A stretch of 63,281 nt of DNA, filler included, from Guillardia theta CCMP2712 (taxonomy: Eukaryota > Protista > Cryptophyta), in assembly GCF_000315625.1 (NCBI RefSeq). It is 5 parts of 5 records of this genome, joined end to end, with 100 filler letters (N's around TTAATTAATTAA, not from the genome) between each part and the next. Parts side by side here need not be neighbours in the genome. Positions count along the whole stretch, not along the records: positions 22,505 to 46,791 come from NW_005434590.1; 4 more parts are not named here. One strand, 5' to 3'. This document shows, one piece after another, positions 24,739 to 34,805 of this stretch. Within the stretch, counting starts at the first letter, position 1, and the number at the start of each line of letters is the position of its first letter. The notes below the pieces were generated by a model. It was given only the letters and a program-made list of their open reading frames with translations, was not told the origin of the DNA and did no database searches. A program made the translations under genes and the position numbers.

Positions 24739-26400
24739 GATATACCCGGCGTAGTACAGCATAGTACACCGCCGGGCTGCGAGCACCCCTCACCAGTGGC
24801 GTCGAGGTCTCCGGAGCCGGGCTTCCGACTTTCTTCTCCGACGGCTTGAGGCATTTTTTACCTTGTGCGAGTAAAACTCAGATAGTGATGGACGGAGAAA
24901 GTTTCTCCCGGAGTCAAGCGGGAGTGACAGTGGAGTCCGCGACGGTCCGTCTTCAGCTCCATTCTTGCTCGGAGCTGTCTACGTGGCTTCCGCGGGGCCG
25001 CGTGGGCTGGCAGTTTCGGGTCACTGGCGTGGTTGCCAGCAGTCCTGGTTACTTTCGGTCTTATGTTTCGTGTGTTTGAGCCACGTTTGTTGCTGTGTTC
25101 CGTACAACGCTTTTGTTGCTGTGTGCTCTCTGCTTGTTGCTGCTTTCAAGGCTTCTGCTTGAGGCACTTTTTAACCTCAAAACTCAGTGCTGCTCAGGCA
25201 GCGTCGGAACAGCAACAAGCAAAACCGGCAGGCTGTACGCTGCCCCCGGCGGACCCCTGGGCAGCGCCGGCTCCTTGTCGGCGGCTGCTCTTGCGGCGGC
25301 GGCGGACGTCTCGATGGCAAAGCTGGCGGCCGCGGACGTCTCTGGTGACAGTTGCCAGCAGTGCTGGTTCTTTTTGGTCTTGTTTTGTTGTGTGTGTTTG
25401 TGCAGCTTCTCGCTGTGCGCTGTGTGCATGCAGGTTTAGCTTGTTCCTGCATTGTTCTGCTTGAGGCACTTTTTACCAGTGTTTGTGCAGCTTCTCGCTG
25501 TGCGCTGTGTGCATGCAGGTTTAGCTTGTTCATGCTTTGTTTTGCTTGAGGCACTTTTTACCTTCTGCCAGTAAATCCTATACTTCGGAAGTTCTGCGTC
25601 TAAGGGATTTTATTCCTCCTGCATGCTCCGTCAGCTTCCCCATGCTCCTGCTGCTTGTTGCTTGATTGCTTGACCCTTCGGCTGCTTGTCTGCAGGTTTA
25701 GCTTGTTCCCGGTTTGTTTTGCTTGAGGCACTTTTTACCTTCTGCCAGTATTATTTGAGTTTATTAGACTCTTAGTCAAGAGTTTCATAGCTAAGAACTA
25801 TTGCTCTTCGCTCATCTCTCGCCTAATGATCCGTCTAAAGGGGTTCCCAACCTTGGGAGGTTGGCCCATTTTCTGCCAGTAAATCCTATATAGTTTTGTC
25901 TGCGCGGCTTCGCGCGTGGTCTGCCGGGTCTGCTGACGGTTGCCAGCAGTGCTGGTTCTTTTCGGGCTTGTGTTTTGTGTGTGTTTGTGCAGCTTCTCGC
26001 TGTGCGCTGTGTGCCAGGAGGTTTAGCTTGTTCCTGCATTGTTCTGCTTGAGGCACTTTTTACCTTCTGCGAGTAAAACTTCCTTCCTCCGCTGCTGTCT
26101 ACGTGGCTTCCCGCTCGGGCTGGCAGAAGAGATGGATTTACTGGCAGAAGGTAAAAAGTGCCTCAAGCAAAACAAAGCAGGAACAATAGCAGAGAGATCT
26201 GAGTGGATTTGACGGCGTTAACCGGGGGTCCGCCTGGGGCAGCGGACGGAGGGAGGCTGGACACAGGAACACGGTACCGCTGGAGCATAGGATTTACTGG
26301 CAGAAGGTAAAAAGTGCCTCAAGCAAAACAAAGCAGGAACAAGCTGAACCGGCAGGCAGTGGAGCAGTGGATTTACTGGCAGAAGGTAAAAAGTGCTCAA

Positions 26401-28697
26401 GGTAGTCCTCCTCGCTAGCCTCCGAGTCAGCGGTAGCCGAGACCAACACCGCCCGTGACGGCGGCGACGCCGCAGCAATGCCCAAGGACCGGCGTGACCC
26501 GACCGATGCCGGGGAGGAAGCAGGCGAGCTCGGACCAGCAGCAAGCACCCCAGTGGTGTCGAGCTCTCCGGAGGCACCCGACGTCACAGTGAGGGACGGA
26601 GACGCCTCGCCAGCTCCGCGCCGATCGTCGGCGCCACTCGACGTGTTTCCCCCATCGGAGTCGGAGACCTCCGGCGAAGACTCCCCCTCGGGCGACTCGA
26701 CAAAAGCTGTATAGGATTTACTGGCAGAAGGTAAAAAGTGCCTCAAGCAAAACAAAGCAGGAACAAGCTAAACCTCCAGGCACACAGTCCACAGCGAGAA
26801 GCTGCACAAACACACACAAAACACAAGCCCGAAAAGAACCAGGCAAAGGCCGAGGAGGAGCTGTCCGCTGGCTCGACAAGTGCTTGCGCCCGCAAGGGCG
26901 TCATGCGCCTCGTACCAGACAAGAGCGCCTCCAGCGTCAGCTGCATGGTGAGGCGCTGATAGGTGGCGGCGCGTTTGCGAGCCAAGACCTCAGCAGCAGG
27001 GCCGTCATCAGGCACGAAGTGCCGACCAAACGCCGCATCCTCAAGAGGCATCGAGCGCTGAGCAATGATGTCCGCGAGATACCAGATGAAGCGGAGGGTG
27101 TCAGGATGCAGGGAGACATAGGATTTACATAGGATTTAGAAGGGTACCGTCCGTCGAGATGGCAAGACATGGAGGGCGTCGAGGTTGACCTCCCTCCATT
27201 ATCCTCCCCGGTAGCCGAGTCAGTGGTAGCCGCCCGTGACGGCGGCTACCACTGTGCTGGTTCTTTTCGGGCTTGTGTTTTGTGTGTGTTTGTGCAGCTT
27301 CTCGTCTCGCTGTGGACTGTGTGCCTGCCGGTTCAGCTTGTTCCTGCTTTGTTTTGCTTGAGGCACTTTTTACCTTCTGCCAGTAAATCCTATGTCCGGA
27401 GTAGCTCGAGACTCGCGTCGGAGAGTGGCTCAGGTCACGCTCAGGAAAATGAGCGAAGATGGTAGACTGCAAGACCCTATCCTGCGACTTGAGCGAGTGT
27501 GTCCTGCGGCTGTGCAAGGTGATATCACGCTGCTGATCGGTCAGCGCAGCGCGAGCATGCACATGGCGAGGGAAGACGCGCATGACAAGAGGGGTCACAT
27601 TTCGCTGCGCAGGGGGAGGAATGAAGTGCTCATGAGACGAGTCGACGAGAGCGCGCAAACCAGGGATGTGTACCACAGATGCCGGGGGGCGTCCTGCGTC
27701 ATCAGGCACAGCAGCCGGGGCAGGTGGGATCGCCGCGCCATCTGCAGCCGGTGCAGGAGCCCTCACACGACGGTAGAGGATCGCTCCAGCGGCATTATGA
27801 ACGAAGTCGTGCGCCTCAACGAAGAAGGTCGCCAGAGCATAGGATTTACTGGCAGAAGGTAAAAAGTGCCTCAAGCAAAACAAAGCAGGAACAAGCTGAA
27901 CCGGCAGGCACACAGTCCACAGCGAGAAGCTGCACAAACACACAGAGGATGCTTCTGGGCACGGAGAGATCTCGTCGGAGCAGTGAACGTCCACTGGGCC
28001 AGGCTATGAGGAGAGGGCAGCGTCCGGGACATCGGCTGGGCAGAGTACCAAGCGAGGAAGCGAGCGATAGCCGTATAGTAAACAGCGGGGTGTAGACCCT
28101 CAGAGGGCGTGAACTCGTCCCCTCCCGACTATGCGGAAGCTCCCGCTTGAACCTCGCAAACTCTAGCAGGTCGGGATGCGCGGCGAGGTACTGCGAGGAA
28201 GGCCAGCGGTGATATTTCTCAAGCGCCAGGTGGACAGAGAGGTCAAAGCGACGAATCTGTGATTGGACCCGCGGGAGAAACGGAGAAGACCCCTGGAGGA
28301 AGAAGCGCAGCTTCTGGAGATGGCTCGCCCTCACCAGCGTCTTGAACATGAAGCCATGCTGGACGAGCCCGAGCTTCGAGAGCTCTTCGTTGAGGGTAGA
28401 AACCTTCGCTCGGAGCTGACTAGCATGAAATCCATCCGTGCCGATAGGCAGGCCGCCAAGTGTAATCCCGCCAGTGACGACCTCGAAGTGAAGAAGTTGA
28501 GTCTTGAGACGGCGCTTAAGGCTCTTCTTCAGCTGCGAGAGATCAGGGTGTTGGTGCCAGGAGGGGATGTAAACTTTCGACTCGCGAGGTTGAATCTCTA
28601 GCTTCAGATCAGCCAACATGTACTTCTTCATAGCGGACGTAGCTGCAACGGCATCCTCGAGTGGACCGACAAGCACGACGTTGTCAGCATAGGCCAA
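26401..28697 (-). mobile_element. Fragmented non-LTR retrotransposon with restriction-like endonuclease (CRE-like clade)
   Basis: RT fragment AYADNVVLVG...LKLEIQPRESKV...GITLGGLPIGTDGF at 28697-27945. A knuckle/RLE-like piece (AHDFVHNAAGAIL...RDITLH) lies at 27837-27394. A C-terminal-like piece (LHPDTLRFIWYLAD...YQRLTMQL) lies at 27117-26843. The pieces are separated by repeat copies. Confidence 0.7.
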
Positions 28698-29354
28698 GAC
28701 TCGAACAGAGGGAAAAAGCTCTGCGATATGGAGGAGCAGGGGGTGGATACTGTGGCAGTGTTACACCCCGAAGCTTTACGGGTTGTACACAAGCCAAGCG
28801 AATGCTCAATGAACCTCCGCTGGATCACACAGAAGGTGCTAGATAGTATTATCAAGCTTTATTGCAGCAACCACACCAACAGAGGGAAATGCGTGGTACA
28901 CAGAGGGAGGGAAGACAGACCCCCTAGAGATGAAGATCTTGATCCTTTTATAGCCCTGTGGAAGTCCCAGGGGTAGTGGTCCTCGCTTGCACGAGTCTTC
29001 CTGCCTCGTGCCGTCGCTATGGCCCCTTTGGTCCATGCGCTGCTCCTGTTCTTGTTTCTACCAGAAAGGAGAGCTCCACCGGTGCTTGATAGGGAAACCG
29101 TCCCGGAGGGGTCCGACTTCTGAACCAAAGTAGCCGTTAGAGAATCACTGTCTTTCGTCTGGATAGTCACGAGGCTATCCTTGTGTGCTGTCCACATTCC
29201 GAGTGTTGACCACTCCTGTGTTGGGCTCGCTAGCCTATGAGCTCTGATACGCTCTTTCTGCGCTTTCTTGGAGTGCTCAGGACTCAGAAAACTTCGCTTT
29301 CTTTGCTCTGATACGCTCCCGCAAACTCGCACCTAGACCAAAGTCAAAGAGCGG

Positions 29355-31790
29355 TCAAAGGCGGCGTGAACGCCGTCCCTGAGCAGAGGAAGGTACCGGA
29401 CGTCGCTCACGCTGTTTGGCCCTGTCGTAGCGTTGAACCAAGTTGCGAAGCGCTCGAGTGCGAACGAGATGTTCCACTGGTTCCCATGTGTCATCAGCAG
29501 AGGAGAAACCTTTCCAGCGAACGAGATACTCCTTGCGTCCGCGCTGCGTTCGATCAGCGAGTAGGCGCTCCACTTCATAGAAGTCCGGGAGAGGCTGGGG
29601 AGGCGGAGCGGAGTCCAGCTGGGGCTGTCGTTGAATGTGAGGACGAAGAAACTTGGCGTTGAAGACGTCGATGGTCATCTTGGGAAAACGTTGTTGCACG
29701 TTGATTCTGTAGTTGTTGTTGGATAAGACTTCAGTGATCACAAAGGGTCCCAGAAACTTTTCACGAAACTTGCGCACTTCAAAGGTTTGATTGAAGAGTC
29801 TTGCATCCAGCCACACCTGATCACCAACGTGCCAGTTGAGAACTCTGCGCGTCTGAAGTAAGGCAGCTTCGGTGCGATTGGCCATTGCTGCGAGCTTGTC
29901 GCGCACGACATTCTCATTCACCTGGATGAGATCAAGTGTAGATTGCACCTCAGGAATCACCGGACTGAGCGTCAAGTCCATGGCGGAGCGAGGATTGCGA
30001 CCGTACTCCACTTGAAAGGCCGAGAGACCCGTTTCCTTGCGAGGCGCATGGTTGAGGGCAAACTCGAGAAAAGGAAGATGAGAGCTCCAATCGTCACGAG
30101 CGGCGGTCAGGCGCGTCCTGAGCATGTCGAGGATGGTAGCGTTTGCGCGTTCCACACGGCCATTGCTCTGAGGGTGATACTTGGATGAGTGGCGGACCTG
30201 TACACCCAGAGTCTCAAACAACGCATCCCAGAAGCGGGAAGACAAATGTGAGCCTCTCTCGGACATGATCGCATTGGGCAGACACCGCGTTCTGTAGAAG
30301 TAATGCATGAAAAGTGGTACCAAGTCATGCGTCGTCGCGTCATTGATCGTCGGAGCCAAGGTAACATGCTGCGAGAAGGAGTCAACCATGACGAAGATGG
30401 CGTCAACGGAGAGTACGTCGAATTTGTCAGCCGGAACGTCATGGCTCTTTGGAAGCCCCACAGGCCTCTGCTTGTATGCCTTGGCGGCTTGGCAGGTCAG
30501 ACAAGAATGCACATAATTCTCAACATCACGCTTCATGTTGGACCAATATACCTTGGTGGCCAGGTCGAGATATGTCTTGTCAGAGCCGAGGTGACCCGCT
30601 TCGTCATGACCATGCGGAGTATGGCTGCCGCATGCGATGGGGATGCAGATGCGACGACGACCCAAGGAGTCTGATGAAGAGCAGTTCGTCTTGGTAGATG
30701 AACGACTTGCAGCCTGGTTGTCCTACCAGCTCGCCGTCACGTCCTAGTTGGAAGAGGATCTGGAAGTCCGGGCAGGTCGCATAGTGATGGAGGAGCTGTT
30801 GAGAGAAGTTGGCATTGGTCAGGATCTGGATGTGATGCAAACCCACGAGGAGATCTCTGGCCATGTCGTCAATGCGCGTCTCGCGAGCTGCAGCGGATGC
30901 CGGATCGGGCGAGGAGTCGACCACACGGCTGATGTGCTCGATTTCCCAAGGCGAGGGGATAGCTCAGGCTGAGTCGTCAGGCGAATCAAGCTATGATGAT
31001 CGGTTTTGACTTTGAAGCGGCGTCCGATGAGGTAGTAGGAGAAGTGCTTCAAACTCTCCTTGAGAGCCAAGAGCTCGCGTTCATAGGTCGAATAGTTGCG
31101 TTCAGCGGAAGACAGCTTCTTGCTATAGTAGGCGATTGGATGCTCATTGCCATGTCGATCGCGTTGATGTAGAGTCGCGCCAATGGCTAGGTCACTAGCA
31201 TCGGTGTACAGGATGGTCGCACGATCCTGCTGAAAGTGCCACAAGACTGGAGTAGTGGCTAATGCCTGTTTCAAGGCATCAAATGCGATCTGAGCAGATT
31301 TAGTCCATACGAAACGGCGCTGACTGTTCTGTAAGAGATCTGACAGCGTAGAGGATAGGCGCGCATAGTTGCTGACGAATTTGCGATAGAAGTTTGCCAT
31401 CCCAAGGAATGTACGCAGTTGTTTGACGGAAGCCGGCGTCGGATATTGTTGAATGGCCTGGACCTTGTTAGGCTCCGTGGCGATGCCAGCTTGGGTGATG
31501 GTATACCCCAAGAAATCAAGCTGCTGTTGCATGAATAAGCACTTGCTACGTTTGACATAAACTCTGTGCTCACGGAAGCGCTGCAGGACGCGGCGAATAT
31601 CCTCGAGATGCGCTTCTTGCGTGCCCGCTGTACAGAGGAGCACATCATCAACGTACACAAGCGCGTTGGGGATGTCAGCCAGTATACCTTGCGTAAACTT
31701 TTGGAAGGCGGCCGTCGCTGTTTTCAGACCGAACGGAAGCGCTTTGAATTTGTAAGCCCCTTGCTCAGTCACAAATCCTGTGTACTGACT
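29355..31790 (-). mobile_element. Ty3/Gypsy chromovirus pol remnant (partial RT, RNase H, integrase, chromodomain), deleted and frameshifted
   Basis: RT LPFGLKTA...VYVDDVL; RNase H YTDASDLAIGATL...RNYSTYERELLA...TDHHSL; integrase GHLG...CLTCQ...HPQSNGRVERAN...GPF; chromodomain YEVERLLADR...YLVRWKGFSSADDTWEP. No LTR pair found. Confidence 0.93.
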
Positions 31791-32459
31791 GCTCTGAGGT
31801 GTGAGCTTCAGTTGCCAAAACCCGCTAGCGGCCGCAGCAGGAGCATGCAGGAGGAATAAAATCCCTTAGACGCGATACCCGGAGGCAGCCGACTGACCAC
31901 TGTCAGTCGAGACGTCCGCTGTTACCCCTCCTAGCGACTGTTGCTTGGCCCTTCATGCTTGTCTGGGGCGCGGCTTCGCGCGTGGTCTGGCGGTGCCGGG
32001 TCTGCTGTCGGATAGTTGCCAGCCGCGAGTGCTGGTTCTTTTCGGGCTTGTGTTTTGTGTGTGTTTGTGCAGCTTCTCGCTGTGCGCTGTGTGCATGCAG
32101 GTTTAGCTTGTTCCTGCATTGTTCTGCTTGAGGCACTTTTTACCTTCTGCGAGTAAAACTTCCGACTTCCAGTCACATTGCGCTGCGCAGGCGGAGGAAT
32201 ATAGTGCTCATGAGACGAGTCAACGAGCGCGCGCAGACCAGGGATGTCACCGAGTCATAACGGTGTACCACGTAGCGTCCTGCAATATCAGGCACAGCCT
32301 CCGAGTCTAAGTCCAGGTTGCAGAGTCACTTTACTCGCATAAGGGCACGGTAAAAAGTGCCTCAAGCAGAAGAAAGCAGCCTCGGCAACAAACACCTTCT
32401 GCGAGTAAAACTCAGAGCAAAAACGTCTGGCAGAGAGCACACAGCAACCTTGACTTGAA

Positions 32460-33320
32460 ACGCGGCGGCGCCTCGCAGGCCTGGCCGCACCGCGGCCCGG
32501 AATCCGAGCGGCGAACCGGACGCGCCGGACCGTGACCGGGTCCCCGGGCCCCGGGCCGGGCCGCGGCCGGCAACCGTCCGGCGGCGGCAACTGAAGTTGG
32601 CTCGCCGGCCGGAAGTTCCCAAGTCCGAGTGCCCAGTGCCAGTCAGACCACTGCCATCCGATCATGATCCGATGCCATGATCGGCGGCCGGGCCGCCCCG
32701 GCGGCCGCGGTGAGCGTCTCAGTGACTGCCGTGGCACGGCGGGGGCCGCCGCCGGGCCCGGCCGCCGCCGCACGGTCCGTGACGGCCGGGCACGACACTG
32801 CAATCTACAATGGTTTCAACCCGATGATGTGAGTCTGCGGGCCGCCGGGGCCCGGCGGGCCCGGGGTCCCGGCCGGGTCACCGGGCCCCACTGGCAGGCT
32901 CAGACTCCGATCGGCAGTCACCGTGACCGGCACCGGGCAGGCCGCCTGCCGGCGCGGCACCGGTGACTCTGACCGTCACTCTTAGGAGGCGGCTCAGGCT
33001 CCGTCGGAGCCGGCCCCCGGCGGGCCCGGGCCCTCGCCCGGGCCGCGGCCCGGCGCCCGCGGCCCCGGTCATTCACTGTCCCAGACTGGGACCCGGGCCG
33101 CTTGGTGACTGACACTCCGACTCGGAGTCCCCGGCAGGCGGGCTGCCGCAGTGCGCGGCCCGCCCGGCGTCCGACGACTCGGGGCGGCCCGGGCCCGGCG
33201 GCCCGCCGCCGCGCGGCTCCGAGACTGGTGGGACTGCCGCCTCGCCGAGTCGGATCCGACTCAGGCTGGCCGCAGTGACTCCCGAGCCTTCAATCAGCGG
33301 CCGGCCCGGGGCCCCGGAAG
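32460..33320. other. CCGG/GGCC-rich GC island (right flank of the TE domain)
   Basis: Extremely GC-rich with CCGG and GAGTC/GACTC motifs and only spurious Arg/Pro/Gly ORFs. Confidence 0.65.
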
Positions 33321-33349
33321 CAGTGAAGCCCTGTCCTATAGCAAGTTGC

Positions 33350-34080
33350 AGTACCCCCTTTGACCAGCCTGTTATGCGTAGTAGGACCGGGTCTTGCTCC
33401 TAGGGAAATTTACATGATATCTGCCCTATTCCCTTCCTAGGACCATCCCACCCTAGGACCATCCCTTGAGTCCTGCTGAATCTCTTTCCACCCCTACCCC
33501 CTAATGGTACTGGAAGTACCCCCACCTTTACCCCAACCTCCCTCTAAACAGCCTCACACCGTGATATGGTCGCCCTACCCGACACCACCACCCCACAATC
33601 CATCCACAATACTACCCACCCTTCAGAAAGACCCCCCCCACCCCCACCCCCTCTTATGCCCGTTCTTTCCCCGCTCGTTTTACATCGACACAGGTCAAAA
33701 AATGAGCCTAACCCACCCCCACCATGGTCATTACCCCACCCCCTACACCCACCAGCCCAAGCACTACCCCCTTACACGGGAGTACCCTGGGTCATTGCGC
33801 CTCATGATTAGACACCCTCCCCTACCCATTTAGCAACTCCTACCACCACCACCCCTACGAACAATTGACTACCCCTCCTTCGGACTTCACTTTCCTCGGT
33901 GTTGAGACAGGAACATCATTTCAGTACCCACCCTTGTCAAAGTATCCACCCACCCACAACATCAATTATTTCATTAACACATTAATAGGTACCCCACCCG
34001 CTGCGAACACTACCCCACCCCCATGATATCCCTGCACCCTTGATCCCCGACCCCTCTGACGAAAGGGGATTCGGGGGGTG
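33350..34080 (-). other. C-tract block (G-tract module on the - strand)
   Basis: ACCCCACCC/TACCCC runs that mirror the G-tract blocks at 3190 and 22790. Confidence 0.6.
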
Positions 34081-34805
34081 CTTCGCTATGGGCGTTACTG
34101 GGTTATGGCGCGGAGCTTTGATGGAAGCTGCAACTCCTTCCTCCCTCCTCTCCCCATCTCCCTCCCGCGTCTCCCGCGATTTTTCTTCCCCTGCATTCAT
34201 ATCATGATCGCCCTCTTCCTCAGGCCGCTTTCCTTTCCTTGTGCTTCCAGCTTCCGATTCCCTTCCCTGTCTCTGCGCTGGTTTTAACCAACTAAACCTG
34301 TGGCTGCTCCTTTTCTGTCTCTGGAGCTAGTCTCACCATAGCTCCTGCTCCTGCTGTACGTTAAGTCTTTCGAGATGTTGCTACCTTTCTCCTGCTCGCT
34401 TTCAGTCATGTATTCTCTACCCAACGTTTGCCTCTTCGAACTTGGCGCCAGTATATGATCCACATAACGAGGAGGTGTTTTGGCCTCCTCTTGTTTCAAG
34501 AATCTACCCTTTTCATCCATCTTGTTTTCTTGTCCACCATTAGTTCATTTCCTTGTCCTCCACCAGCTCATTTCCTTCTCATCACTTCATGAACCGTTTC
34601 TGCAGCTGCCACTGTCTTTCTGCAGAGTGACATCAACCAGTTGGCAACCGGTTGCTGCCTGCATGCCTGCACCTTCCCAACCCTGTCTTTTTCTCTGCTC
34701 CTCTTCTGATCTTCCAATATTGTTCAACTGTTGAATAACGTGGAGCTATCGAATGACAGCAACCATCAGGGTTGTAGTATCTCAGTGAACAGTCTGTCGA
34801 CAAAG

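Larger units (their letters stand above)
24845..32413. repeat. Dispersed fixed-end repeat family (core TTGTTTTGCTTGAGGCACTTTTTACCTTCTGCCAGTAAATCCTAT), ~16 copies of about 20-200 bp in both orientations
   Basis: Forward copies end near 24879, 25185, 25478, 25581, 25750, 25889, 26082, 27393, 32163 and 32413. Reverse copies start near 26134, 26287, 26369, 26711, 27118 (degenerate), 27838 and 32330. Confidence 0.92.

Noticed and set aside
24845-27944. CRISPR array
   Set aside because: The repeats vary in length and orientation, intervening segments range from ~10 to >400 bp, there are no cas genes, and the context is eukaryotic. Reported as a repeat/TE mosaic instead.
28700-29340. ORFs between the CRE RT and the chromodomain
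   Set aside because: Probably further TE debris, but I could not assign any motif.
32288-33363. Arg/Pro/Gly-rich ORFs in GC islands
   Set aside because: A stop-poor artefact of extreme GC content, with no domain motifs.
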